From Pseudomonadota bacterium (GTDB lineage: Bacteria > Myxococcota_A > Polyangia > Fen-1088): a stretch of 64,000 bases of DNA. The notes under the pieces were generated by a model. The model was not told where the DNA came from and did not search any database. It saw only the letters and a program-made list of their open reading frames with translations. Positions 46,330-57,308 of this stretch are shown here, in pieces (within the stretch, counting starts at the first letter, position 1; the number at the start of each line of letters is the position of its first letter). Location of the stretch: positions 5,713 to 69,712 of the forward strand of contig JANOJB010000060.1 of NCBI GenBank assembly GCA_031407985.1, written 5' to 3'. Both the position numbers and the translations under genes were made by a program.

Positions 46330-47073
46330 CTATCGCCGAATCTGAGCGAAGGAGGCGTTCATGTGAAACGCCAACTGGTCCTGCGGATAGCCGTGGGCCG
46401 TCCCCACCGGGCAGCGCACGCGGGCAACACACGATTCGCGACAAGACGTATCCAAGCGACGATGAGCGATGCAGCGGTCTGGCGCGAATCCCGTCCCCGA
46501 TACCGCCACCCCCGGGCAGACAGGGATGCACGGCTGTGGGCAATCGACACAAGGCGCGGTGACTGCCGCCCCGGTTTGCAGAGACGCCGAGACGACAATC
46601 AGGGCCCGATAGGCCCACCATGGCCCAAAGACGGGGTGAATCTGAATACCAAGCGGCCCGGGCGCGGGCAGCCCAGCCGCGTGCCCCAGTCGCTGGAAAG
46701 GAAGCACGGGTCGCTCGTTCGCGAAGGGGTAAAGAATCCGAAAGGTTGTGGTGAGTTGCGATTCACCCTCGTGGTCAAGCACGGCGCTCCGAACCGCTTC
46801 GGCGACGCGGCCACGCGTGTACTGGTCCAGTGGATCTGGATCTCCGCCATCTGCGCTGCGCGCCGCTCGAAATAGAGAGAAGAACGACGAGCCGCCGTCT
46901 CCCACGAGCACGGCCCCAGCAGCGCCCGGCAGTAGAGTCGCCAGCGAGGGAATACCGACGCCAGCGCAGACAAAATCAAACGCGGTTTGACCTAACGGCA
47001 GGACGATGTGCAGTCCCTCGCGCGCCAAGCGGGCCCGCATGACGCTCAGGAAATCGGGCCCTCTATCCTTCAC
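46330..47073 (-). CDS. Putative Fe-S protein (ferredoxin-like Cys cluster; possibly MMACHC-like N-terminal part)
   Basis: CVDCPQPCIPVCP is a ferredoxin-like Cys motif, and further Cys residues lie downstream. IHPVFGPWWAYRALI resembles the MMACHC-like family, but that is a memory-based call and weak. Confidence 0.55.
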   Translation of the reverse strand: MKDRGPDFLSVMRARLAREGLHIVLPLGQTAFDFVCAGVGIPSLATLLPGAAGAVLVGDGGSSFFSLFRAARSADGGDPDPLDQYTRGRVAEAVRSAVLDHEGESQLTTTFRILYPFANERPVLPFQRLGHAAGLPAPGPLGIQIHPVFGPWWAYRALIVVSASLQTGAAVTAPCVDCPQPCIPVCPGVAVSGTGFAPDRCIAHRRLDTSCRESCVARVRCPVGTAHGYPQDQLAFHMNASFAQIRR

Positions 47074-47102
47074 GGCGCTATCTTGCCCGAGGGCTCGAAA
47101 GG

Positions 47103-48872
47103 CTACCGGAGCGTAAACGGATACGGTGTGCTCAAGCCTTCGGACGGTGGGAAGGATGCCGTCTTTATAGCGTTCTCAACGCAGGTTCCCGTTGGGGTCC
47201 CCGCAAACTTTCCAGTGACTGTCGCACCCGACACCTTGCCACTCTTGGCGATCACGACGTTCACCATGGCAAGGCCCGGCACCTTAAACTGGGCATAACA
47301 CGCCGACACCTTGGGTTTGACCCCGTTCATCCCAGCAACAACCGCCGCTTTCGCCAACGGGCCTCCGCCGCCACCCCCACCGCCCGCCTCGGTCTTCTTC
47401 CCCGGCGATGGTTCATCCTCCACTTTCGGTTTTGTCTTGCGACCGTTGAGGGCGCCTTCAAGCAAATCGTCCAAGGAACCTTTGACCGGCTTCGCCTTCT
47501 CGGGCTCGCTGGGCGTGGCCGACGCGGATGGAGCGCCGGCGACAGCACTGCCACCCGCACTCTTCGTCTCCCCTGTTCCTCCACCTTTCTTGTTACCTTT
47601 GCCCTTCTTGCCTTTCGCGCTGCCTTTGTCCGAAGCGCCCTTCTCAGGCGCCTTGTCGGAGGCCGCCGCCATTGCGGATCCCGCGCTGTCGCGGGGTGGC
47701 AGATCCCCTTCCTTCACGGGTTTGGACGAAGCGCCACCGGGTTCATCGCCCGTACCAGTTCCCGCCTTGGCCGCCGGAACGGGGGCCGGCGCAACCGGCG
47801 GAGGAGCCGCCTGTTCGACGATCACAGGCTTCCCCAGAATGCTGAAAGCCGCCACGCCCACTGCGATGAACATCACCGCGGCCAGTCCGATCAGAATGTA
47901 GATCCACTTGGGCGGACCGCTTGAGGACGGAAATGCCAACAAGACCGGCGCGGCGGGGGAAAAGGCTCCGAATGCCGGGAGATCGTCGTCGGCACTCCTC
48001 GATTCGGAGCCGAACAGCGGCATGCCACCGCCTGCCGGCGCTTTGAGCGTCGAGGCAGCCATCGCGCGGATGTCGATCAGGCCCGAACCCTCCGTCGAGG
48101 CGATCGCGCTGGGCTTGGCGGTCGCCGCGGGTGCAGCCAGCGACTGCAAATTCGAGAGTGAAAACAAGACCGAATTCTCACTTCGCTGCGCGGTCAAGTT
48201 CTCGACACGACCTCCGTCGTGCCGCCCCGCCGCCGTACCGTTCGAGCCCCGCGCACGTGTTCTACCCGACTCGGCGCGCGCCGCCACCGGCGCCACTGCT
48301 CCAAAAAGATCCGCGTTGTCCGTGCCGGCGGAAGAAGTCGCGGGCATCGAAAAGACGTCTTCCTCCGAGGCTGCGGGCGCGTGTGTCCGTCCGGACAAGC
48401 TACCCGCCCGCGCTGCCTCTTGGCCGGCCGCGCCCGCACCAAAAAAACCACCTGCTTCGGTGGCGCGTGGACCCGATGACTCCCCGATCACGGCCGTCCC
48501 GCTGTCGGAAAAAAGCTCACCTCCCACTGACACCGAAGGAGATCCCGCGACGTCCGCGAACTCCGGAACATCGGCCAACCTCAACCAGTCGGAGAAGCCC
48601 TCCTTCCAGGCATAGTTCTCGGAGCTGATCTCGTTCCGAGACAAACGCGCACGCACGTCGGCATCCGTCAAAGGTCCCACCTGATCGCCATCCACCACCA
48701 GGTGCCAAACAGCATCGGTCGGTACCTCCGGAGCGGAGGTAGCCGCTTCCGTGGTTCCTTTGACAACGATGATGTGGCTGCACTTCTTGCAGCGGATCTT
48801 AAAGACTTTTCCCCGAACCTTGTCGTCCGAGATCGAGTACTTCGTCGAGCAGGAATCGCAAACGATCTTCAT
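47103..48872 (-). CDS. MJ0042-type zinc finger + GYF_2 domain + TM + Pro/Lys-rich spacer + AgmX/TonB-C-like tail
   Basis: MKIVCDSCSTKYSISDDKV..FKIRCKKCSHII is the zinc finger. WHLVVDGDQVGPLT..ENYAWKEGFSDWLRL is GYF-like. The TM helix is WIYILIGLAAVMFIAVGVAAF. The C-terminus is CYAQFKVPGLAMVNVVIAKSGKVSGATV..TCVENAIKTASFPP. Confidence 0.85.
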   Translation of the reverse strand: MKIVCDSCSTKYSISDDKVRGKVFKIRCKKCSHIIVVKGTTEAATSAPEVPTDAVWHLVVDGDQVGPLTDADVRARLSRNEISSENYAWKEGFSDWLRLADVPEFADVAGSPSVSVGGELFSDSGTAVIGESSGPRATEAGGFFGAGAAGQEAARAGSLSGRTHAPAASEEDVFSMPATSSAGTDNADLFGAVAPVAARAESGRTRARGSNGTAAGRHDGGRVENLTAQRSENSVLFSLSNLQSLAAPAATAKPSAIASTEGSGLIDIRAMAASTLKAPAGGGMPLFGSESRSADDDLPAFGAFSPAAPVLLAFPSSSGPPKWIYILIGLAAVMFIAVGVAAFSILGKPVIVEQAAPPPVAPAPVPAAKAGTGTGDEPGGASSKPVKEGDLPPRDSAGSAMAAASDKAPEKGASDKGSAKGKKGKGNKKGGGTGETKSAGGSAVAGAPSASATPSEPEKAKPVKGSLDDLLEGALNGRKTKPKVEDEPSPGKKTEAGGGGGGGGPLAKAAVVAGMNGVKPKVSACYAQFKVPGLAMVNVVIAKSGKVSGATVTGKFAGTPTGTCVENAIKTASFPPSEGLSTPYPFTLR

Positions 48873-49115
48873 TTCCGCCTCGTTGGGGCGCAGGCGCGGC
48901 CCGGGTGAACCGCAATCGGCCCAATGAAAGGGAGCATCATATAGCCAGCCCCCAAAGCACGCAAGCGTTTCCGGGCCGTTTCCAAAGCAATTCCAATGCT
49001 TAAGCCGTGGGGCAAGGATTCCGGGCGAATAGGGACCGCGGGACTGACGGCATCCTCACCGTCTGAGCTCGTCCCCCTCAAAGCGCTCGCTATCGAGCCC
49101 TTTTCATTGGGCGAT

Positions 49116-50435
<1,320 letters not shown>

Positions 50436-51713
50436 CTATTTCTTCCTTTGCCCTTTCTTTCGCGACGACGAGGTCCCGGATGATCGCCCCGCGTACACGA
50501 TCGCACGATAACCCCAGCGGGCGGCAAACGCCGTGATTTCCGGGCCACTCATCGACACCAGCAACGGCGCCGCTCGCTGTCCCTTGGCGCGGAGTGAAGC
50601 CACCTCTTCCTGGGCTGCCTGATCGGCACCGACGACCAGAATCGGACCGTCGCCCCATGCCACATCAATGGTGGAGTCATCCATCCGCGCCTGGCGACTT
50701 TCCAAGGCCCCGGCGGCCGCTTCAACATCGACGGCGAATCCGACCGCGGGGTTGGGGCGTCCATAACGTCCAAGCAAATCGTCGTAGCGTCCGCCTTGCA
50801 AAACCGGCTCGGCGGCCCCCGCCACGAACGCCTGAAACCGAACGCCGGTGTAGTAGTCGAATCCACGCACCTCCGCGAGATCGATGTGCAGGCGCGCTGG
50901 AATCGACCGTGCCTCGACGGCCCGAACGATCGCCCGTAAATCCGAAATCGACCGTCGGATCTTGAGGCTGGGAGCCTCGCGCGCGGCCACCGCCAGCACG
51001 GAAGGATCTCCCGACAGATCGGGCAGCGCATGAAGAAAGCGCAGGATCGAAGGCGAGGTCGAAACACGCCCGCCGGCCCCGGGAGCGCGCAATGCCTGAT
51101 CGATCCCAACGCGATCGCGTTTGGCGATCGCGGCGCGAACAGCCCGGGCGGCGGCGGCCGGTAGGTTCAGTTCCGCGAGGATCTCCCGCATGAGGCCCAG
51201 GTGGCCCAGGTCGATTGTCAGATCGAAATCGCGTGTGCCCAGTCCCGCCGCTGCCAAGGCAGCCACGCCCAGTGCGATCACCTCGGCATCTCCAGCGGGC
51301 GACGGAACACCGGCCAGTTCGACCCCGGCCTGAATCAACTCTCGCTGCGATCGGGCTCCCCGCTCCAATCGCAACACAGTTCCCTCGTAACAAAGACGGA
51401 CAGGGCCGGTCTCGTCTCGAAAACGCGTCGCGATAAGACGCGCGATCTGCGGCGTAATGTCTGGTCGCAACGCCACCACCCGACCCGAACTGGGTTCGAC
51501 GAACTTCAACGCCGCGGCGCGACCGTCACTGCCCAGGCCCAGGCCCAAGACGTCCTCGTATTCGAAGGCCGGCGTGATGACGCGCGCAAAACCCCAATCC
51601 TCGAAAACGCCGAGCAAAGCCTCAGCGATGCGGCGGCGGGCCGCGGTTGCACGCGGCGCGAAGTCACGCATCCCCGCGGGCAGGCGCAACGAGGGGGTGT
51701 CCAACATGGTCAC
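50436..51713 (-). CDS. hisZ: ATP phosphoribosyltransferase regulatory subunit (HisRS paralog)
   Basis: LPAGMRDFAP, RLCYEGTVLR and RELIQAGVELAG. It lies immediately upstream of purA, which is common synteny. A divergent HisS cannot be excluded. Confidence 0.7.
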   Translation of the reverse strand: MTMLDTPSLRLPAGMRDFAPRATAARRRIAEALLGVFEDWGFARVITPAFEYEDVLGLGLGSDGRAAALKFVEPSSGRVVALRPDITPQIARLIATRFRDETGPVRLCYEGTVLRLERGARSQRELIQAGVELAGVPSPAGDAEVIALGVAALAAAGLGTRDFDLTIDLGHLGLMREILAELNLPAAAARAVRAAIAKRDRVGIDQALRAPGAGGRVSTSPSILRFLHALPDLSGDPSVLAVAAREAPSLKIRRSISDLRAIVRAVEARSIPARLHIDLAEVRGFDYYTGVRFQAFVAGAAEPVLQGGRYDDLLGRYGRPNPAVGFAVDVEAAAGALESRQARMDDSTIDVAWGDGPILVVGADQAAQEEVASLRAKGQRAAPLLVSMSGPEITAFAARWGYRAIVYAGRSSGTSSSRKKGQRKK

Positions 51714-51756
51714 TGACGGAGTTCCTTGGGCAGCGATGTCCGCCCGGTGGAGATGA

Positions 51757-52710
51757 CTACTTGCGATTGACGGCGTTGCGAACCACGCCGCCCTTCAGAA
51801 ACGACACGAAGACCTCGGCCAATTCGACCGCGACCTTCTCCTGCGCTTCCTTCGTCGACGCCCCCAGGTGGGGAACCGCGATCAGATTTTCATGCGCGAA
51901 CAACGGCGACGGATCGGGCGGCTCTTTACCAAACACATCCAGAGCCGCGCCCGCGAGCTGCCCGGACGTGAGCGCCTCCAGCAAAGCATCCTCGTTCACG
52001 ATCCCGCCGCGAGCAGCGTTGATCAAACAGGCACCCTTCTTCATCTTCGCCAGCATCGCGCTGTCGAACAGGTTCTTCGTGTCTTTGGTCATCGGAACGT
52101 GCAACGTCAGAAAATCGGAACGTTCGATCAGTTCATGAAACGTCACGTTCTCGACGCCCGCCGGCAGAACGGCGTCCGCGGACAAAACGGGATCATGCCC
52201 AATGACCCGCATCTTGAGGCCAATGCCGCGCTCGGCGACCTGGCGTCCGATGTTGCCAAGGCCCATCACGCCCAAGGTCTTGCCGGCCAGCTCCACGCCC
52301 ATGAACTTCTTTTTTTCCCAAATTCCCTGGCGCATCAAAGCCGCGGCCTGTGGAATCTTGCGCGCCAACGCGAACAACAACCCCACCGCCAGTTCAGCCG
52401 CCGCCGTCGAGTTTCCGGCCGGCGTGTTGATGACCAGAATGTCCTTCGCCGTAGCGGCGGCGACATCAATGTTGTCCACACCGACACCAGCACGACCGAT
52501 GATCCGTAGTTTTCCCGGATTGGCGAGAACCGCGGCCGTCACCTTCGACGCGGATCGCACGCCCAGACCATGGTAGTTGCCAACCACCGCGGCAAGTTCC
52601 TCTGGCTTCATGCCCGTCTTGACGTCAACCGAGAATCCGGCCTCCTGGAGAACGACAACGGCGCTCTTGGACATCTCATCGGCGATCAGCACGGAAATGG
52701 ACTCAGACAT
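51757..52710 (-). CDS. serA: D-3-phosphoglycerate dehydrogenase-like 2-hydroxyacid dehydrogenase (no ACT domain)
   Basis: GRAGVGVDNIDV, the NAD-binding motif GVMGLGNIGRQVA, and NAARGGIV. The product is only 317 aa. Confidence 0.8.
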   Translation of the reverse strand: MSESISVLIADEMSKSAVVVLQEAGFSVDVKTGMKPEELAAVVGNYHGLGVRSASKVTAAVLANPGKLRIIGRAGVGVDNIDVAAATAKDILVINTPAGNSTAAAELAVGLLFALARKIPQAAALMRQGIWEKKKFMGVELAGKTLGVMGLGNIGRQVAERGIGLKMRVIGHDPVLSADAVLPAGVENVTFHELIERSDFLTLHVPMTKDTKNLFDSAMLAKMKKGACLINAARGGIVNEDALLEALTSGQLAGAALDVFGKEPPDPSPLFAHENLIAVPHLGASTKEAQEKVAVELAEVFVSFLKGGVVRNAVNRK

Positions 52711-52885
52711 GGTTCGTGTCTCCTCGATCGGGGAATGGGGCCTGACGAAGGAAGATCCCCGGGCCGGATGTCGGGCCCGTGGTCAGCAAATACTCCTTCA
52801 TTGCGACCCAGGTTCTATTACATTCTGTGCCCGGGGCAAAGCCCATTCCCTTTGCTCGCGGCACCGAAAACACCCCGCCCTCTTC

Positions 52886-54856
52886 ATGTCGCTAGCACAG
52901 TTCGCCGACGTCCATTTTGGATATCCGGGCACGGACATTCTGACCGGAGCCTCGCTGCTGATCCGCCCTGGCGATCGCTTGGCACTGGTGGGACCAAACG
53001 GAACGGGCAAGTCGACCGCTTTGCGACTTCTGGCGGGCGATCTGGCGGCCGATACGGGGGATGTACGCATCCTGGGTCGCGCGTCGGTGTCGTACCTGCG
53101 CCAGTCGCAAGAATTCGCGGGGCGAGGCAGCCTGCTGGATGCCTTGTTGGAACCGTTCGCGGAGCTACAAAAACTGCATGATCAGTTCACGACCATCGAG
53201 GCCCATCTGGGAAACGCCACACCAGCCGAACTGGAAAACTACGGCGAACTTCAAGAGCGGTATCTGCGCGAGGGCGGCTACGAAATCGAATCGCGGGTCA
53301 AACGTCTGACCGCGGATGTCGGCTTTTCGGAAGCGGATTTGTCCCGGGGCGTTGAGACGTTGTCGGGGGGAGAGCGCGGACGACTGGAGTTGGCCAAGGT
53401 ACTTGTCAGGCAACCCGCGTTGCTGCTGCTGGACGAGCCGACCAACCACCTGGACCTGGCCGCCATCGAACGACTGGAAGCGTTTCTGGCTGAGTACCCG
53501 GGGGCGTTCGTTCTGGTGTCGCACGATCGCGCCTTCATTCGCGCCACCTGCAAAGAGATCGTGGAACTTGAGGGTGGAAAGTTCGTTCGCTACCCGTTCA
53601 CCTACGACAAGTACGTCGTCGAGCGCGACGCACGCCTGGAACGCGCCCGGGCCGACTATGAGCGTCAGAAGAATCACGTCGACAAGACCGAGGACTTCAT
53701 CCGCCGGAATCTGGCCGGCCAAAAAACCAAGCAGGCGCAAAGCCGGCGCAAGATGTTGGAGAAACTGGATCGTCTGGAGCGACCGGAGGACCACTGGCAG
53801 CACGCGGGTCACGTGGCGCTCAATTTCTCAACGGGCGGCGAACTGGGCGCCAAGGAAACCATTCGCGCGCCACTGATCACGGTCGGATACCCCAACTCAC
53901 CCATTCTTCGCGACGTGAACGCGAACATCTACAGGGGTGAAAAGGTCGGAATCGTCGGACCAAACGGCGCGGGAAAATCCACTCTACTGAAGACCCTTCT
54001 CGGTGAGTTGCCGCCCCTGGCAGGCAAGGTCGAGGTCGGCACAGGCGTGCGCATCGGCTACTTCGATCAGACCCTGGGAAAACTGAACGAAGACGGATCG
54101 CTGATTGACGAAATCCGCAGCGTACGCGCCGATCTGACCCCAGATGTCGTCCGCACGTACCTGGCCAAGTTTCGTTTCTTCGGCGACGATCCGTTTCGAA
54201 TCGTGCGCGGCCTGTCGGGCGGCGAGCGTAGTCGCCTGGCGATGGCGAAAATTCTCTTGTTTCCGCGCAATGTGCTGGTGCTGGACGAGCCGACCAATCA
54301 TCTGGACATTCCGGCACGCGAAACCCTGGAACAGGCCCTCACAAGCTATGAGGGAACGCTGATCGTCGTCAGTCACGATCGCTATTTCCTGGACCGTGTC
54401 ACCACGCGTTTGTTGGTGATCGAAGGGTCCCGCGTGGAAAGCCACCTGGGTAACTACTCCGACTGGCGTCGTCGGCGGCGCGAGGTCGAATGCGCCGACC
54501 GCGCGCGAATCAACAACCCCGTCGCTCCATCTCGTTCTCCAGTCGTGGCGCGGGTAGCGGCGCCACCTTCAAACACCCAGGTCGCTTCCGAGGCGACCGC
54601 GGCACGAACCGCGTCAAAGGAAAAAGAACGCGAACGCCGCCGTCTGGAACGACGGATCGAGACCCTGGAAGCCGACGTTGCCAAGTTGGAAACCGAACTG
54701 GCCGAAGTCCGTGCAGCCCTGACCAGCGACCACGCCGGGGACTGGCAGAAGCTTCATACCCTGGCCGACCGTGAACGCCATCTGGACGAATTGTTGGCTC
54801 GACGTATGTCGGAGTGGGAGGGCGCCAGTGCCGCTCTCACGCAAGCCGATTCGTAA
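52886..54856 (+). CDS. ABC-F family ATPase (Uup-like, C-terminal coiled coil)
   Basis: Two ABC cassettes (GPNGTGKST/LSGGERGRL/LLLDEPTNHLD and GPNGAGKSTLL/LSGGERSRL/LVLDEPTNHLD). No TM domain. Charged coiled-coil tail. ATG at 52886. Confidence 0.92.
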   Translation: MSLAQFADVHFGYPGTDILTGASLLIRPGDRLALVGPNGTGKSTALRLLAGDLAADTGDVRILGRASVSYLRQSQEFAGRGSLLDALLEPFAELQKLHDQFTTIEAHLGNATPAELENYGELQERYLREGGYEIESRVKRLTADVGFSEADLSRGVETLSGGERGRLELAKVLVRQPALLLLDEPTNHLDLAAIERLEAFLAEYPGAFVLVSHDRAFIRATCKEIVELEGGKFVRYPFTYDKYVVERDARLERARADYERQKNHVDKTEDFIRRNLAGQKTKQAQSRRKMLEKLDRLERPEDHWQHAGHVALNFSTGGELGAKETIRAPLITVGYPNSPILRDVNANIYRGEKVGIVGPNGAGKSTLLKTLLGELPPLAGKVEVGTGVRIGYFDQTLGKLNEDGSLIDEIRSVRADLTPDVVRTYLAKFRFFGDDPFRIVRGLSGGERSRLAMAKILLFPRNVLVLDEPTNHLDIPARETLEQALTSYEGTLIVVSHDRYFLDRVTTRLLVIEGSRVESHLGNYSDWRRRRREVECADRARINNPVAPSRSPVVARVAAPPSNTQVASEATAARTASKEKERERRRLERRIETLEADVAKLETELAEVRAALTSDHAGDWQKLHTLADRERHLDELLARRMSEWEGASAALTQADS

Positions 54857-54952
54857 GAATCTCCCGCCCGCGTCCGCGCTTTTTTTCCGCCTGACTTCCG
54901 CCTCCGCCCCCCTCAAGACGGGACGAGAGCGTGCCGATATCCTGAAGTGAGG

Positions 54953-54988
54953 ATCCGGCATCCAAGGGAATGGATGCCTGGATTTTCT
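54953..54988 (+). terminator. Candidate intrinsic terminator
   Basis: Hairpin CCGGCATCCA-AGGGAA-TGGATGCC(T)GG followed by ATTTTCT. It lies between the ABC-F stop and the RBS (GGGAGG) of the next gene. Confidence 0.4.
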
Positions 54989-55020
54989 AAGCTACGCTGT
55001 AACAAGCGGGAGGTAACCGC

Positions 55021-56055
55021 ATGAGGTTCGCAGGTCTTGGGTTGCTGTTCGTCGGACTGCTTTCCGGCGGGTGTGCGAGCCGAGCATTGCCAGCCGGCCC
55101 CGCCGTGCCGTTATCCGTGCGCGCTGACACCATCGCGATAGCGGGTGTGTGGGACGGCGTGGTTCGGGAAATCGTGGCGGAAGGAATCAGCGCCGGCGAC
55201 AGCCGCGTGGAGAGACAGGAGTGGCACCTGCAGCAGAGCGGGCCCCGGGTCTCGGGTTACTACCTGGCCGCGCTGACCTACACGTCCGGTGATGGGCGGC
55301 CCTACGTCTGCAGCCGGCAGCCGAGCTTTTCAACGTTGGTTCGCTTCGACGTCAGCGGCCAGGTGCGGGGTGGAACGATTGATCTGGATGAGATCAACCA
55401 ACGCACCTCCGAAGGGCGTTGTACACCGGGACAGAGGCCTTTGGCGCACTACCGCGCTCGGGTAGAGGGTGATGTCCTGACCTTGGTCGTCGCAGGCCAG
55501 CAGCAGACCCTGTATCGCAACCGAGGCAAGCCCGAGGTGAGTGAGTTGGTGGCTGCGGCCGCGGTGAACAGCGCCGACGAGCCCATGCTTCCGACGCTCA
55601 AGGGAGGTTCCAGCGTTTCGGGCGGCCCTTCCAGCACGTCGCCGGTCGATGTCAGCGGGGTGTGGATCTGGGAACACCGTGGAGAAATCCCTACCGGCGA
55701 CGAGAAACAAGAACGAGAGGAGTGGCACGTCGATCAGGACGGCGATCGCCTGTCCGGCTACTACGACCGCGTCGTCCGCGAGATATCAACCGACGGGCAC
55801 GCGTTCAGATGCAGCATGGAGATGCAGTTCCAAATCGCCACGCGGTACAAGTTTCGCGGCGAGGTCCGCGGCAACCAGTTGCTCATCTACGAAAGTTCAT
55901 ACGAGGTCCTTGAGCCGAGCGCATGCGACAACGGTAAGCGCCGCCTGGACGCGTACGAGGGAATGGCCAACGGAGATGAAGTGAGGCTGCTTTGGGGAGT
56001 CGGCGGCCAGGTTCTGAGACGCCCGCGCCCCGATGTCCCCACGCAACGATTCTAG
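55021..56055 (+). CDS. Hypothetical lipoprotein with internal two-fold duplication
   Basis: GGGAGG RBS and lipobox LLSGGC. The two halves share VW..ER(Q/E)EWH(L/V).Q.G.R(V/L)SGYY...C....F...F.G.VRG. Confidence 0.7.
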   Translation: MRFAGLGLLFVGLLSGGCASRALPAGPAVPLSVRADTIAIAGVWDGVVREIVAEGISAGDSRVERQEWHLQQSGPRVSGYYLAALTYTSGDGRPYVCSRQPSFSTLVRFDVSGQVRGGTIDLDEINQRTSEGRCTPGQRPLAHYRARVEGDVLTLVVAGQQQTLYRNRGKPEVSELVAAAAVNSADEPMLPTLKGGSSVSGGPSSTSPVDVSGVWIWEHRGEIPTGDEKQEREEWHVDQDGDRLSGYYDRVVREISTDGHAFRCSMEMQFQIATRYKFRGEVRGNQLLIYESSYEVLEPSACDNGKRRLDAYEGMANGDEVRLLWGVGGQVLRRPRPDVPTQRF

Positions 56056-56156
56056 TCCCGTCGAACAACATCGGGTTACCCTCCGCTTGTGGGCCTGGCC
56101 GCCCTGAGGTTCCCGGGGAAGGCCCAAGCCCGAGGCGGCCCTGCTGCGCCAGCCTG

Positions 56157-56345
56157 CTACTCCTCGTCATCGACCTCTTCGTGTCGCGCCGCCCGGCCGC
56201 TGGATGAGTCGAGGTCGAGTTCTTCCGCGAACATGTCGTCGAACAGGGCGTCAACGGCGCCCCCAATCGAATCGGCGCGGCGCATCTCTTCGCGCTCGAA
56301 CTCCTCGAACGTGCGGTACATCGGCAGGTCGTTGTCGTTGCTCAT
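56157..56345 (-). CDS. Small acidic hypothetical protein (62 aa)
   Basis: A strong RBS (GGAGGGA) precedes ATG 56345. The product is highly acidic and ends in EEVDDEE. Confidence 0.5.
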   Translation of the reverse strand: MSNDNDLPMYRTFEEFEREEMRRADSIGGAVDALFDDMFAEELDLDSSSGRAARHEEVDDEE

Positions 56346-56489
56346 TGGTCCCTCCTGAGTGGCGAACATGAATGGCTTGAGTCCAAGCACCTACATGTAA
56401 GGTTTAGTATCCCTTTGTCTCACTGGAGGCAATTTTTTTTCACTCCGATTCCGTTTCCGCGCCGCGTGATAGGTAGATTCCCGCGCCGT

Positions 56490-57308
56490 ATGGCCCGGGT
56501 GATAGCCGTTGCGAATCAGAAAGGGGGCGTGGGTAAGACCACGACAGCGGTGAACCTTGCGGCGTCGCTGGCCACGGCCGAAAAACGGGTCCTGGTGGTG
56601 GACATGGATCCCCAGGGCAACGCCAGTTCGGGCCTTGGCTTTTCACGGGGTACCGCCAGCGAGGGGAGCATCTACGATGTTCTGCTGGGCGAGCAGCCCA
56701 TCGCGGCGGTTATTCGAAAGACTGACCTTCCGCACCTGGATCTGGTTCCGTCGACCGCCGATCTGGCGGGCGGCGAGATTGAACTGGTCGCATTGGAAGG
56801 GCGCGAAACGCGGCTACGCGGCCCGATTGACGCTGTACGCGATCGCTACGACTTCATCCTGATCGATACCCCACCGTCGCTGGGATTGTTGACCTTGAAT
56901 GCGCTATGCGCGGCGGATGGGGTACTGGTCCCGTTGCAGTGTGAATATTATGCTCTTGAGGGTTTGTCGGATTTGCGTTCGACGGTCGAACTGGTCGGGC
57001 GATCGCTGAACCCGGGATTGGGAATCGACGGTATCGTCCTGTGCATGGTGGACAGCCGCCAAAACCTGACCGAACAGGTGGCCAGCGAGGTGCGCACGCA
57101 TTTCGCCGGCAAGGTCTACGCGACCACCGTGCCCCGAAACGTACGCCTTTCCGAGGCCCCGTCGTTCGGAAAGCCCGCGCTGCTTTACGACGTGAGTTCC
57201 AAAGGAGCGCGCAGCTACCTGGACCTGGCGCGGGAATTTCTGGCCCGCGAGGCCACCCGACTTTCCGACAGGACCGCTTTGCAGCCGCCGCCGGGAGCGT
57301 CCACATGA
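56490..57308 (+). CDS. parA: Chromosome partitioning ATPase ParA/Soj
   Basis: IAVANQKGGVGKTTTAVNLA (deviant Walker A), and the DMDPQGN and IDTPPSLG motifs. Confidence 0.92.
   Translation: MARVIAVANQKGGVGKTTTAVNLAASLATAEKRVLVVDMDPQGNASSGLGFSRGTASEGSIYDVLLGEQPIAAVIRKTDLPHLDLVPSTADLAGGEIELVALEGRETRLRGPIDAVRDRYDFILIDTPPSLGLLTLNALCAADGVLVPLQCEYYALEGLSDLRSTVELVGRSLNPGLGIDGIVLCMVDSRQNLTEQVASEVRTHFAGKVYATTVPRNVRLSEAPSFGKPALLYDVSSKGARSYLDLAREFLAREATRLSDRTALQPPPGAST

Noticed and set aside
52731-52850. 9-bp inverted repeat GGGAATGGG / CCCATTCCC spaced ~100 nt apart in the serA / ABC-F divergent region
   Set aside because: A back-of-envelope estimate gives tens of such 9-bp inverted pairs within 150 nt by chance in 64 kb. 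It is not distinguishable from background.
54866-54890. T7 tract (gcgcttttttt) 16 nt after the ABC-F stop as a terminator
   Set aside because: The preceding sequence forms only a 3-4 bp stem with a too-small loop. The hairpin at 54953-54988 is a better, though still tentative, terminator candidate.
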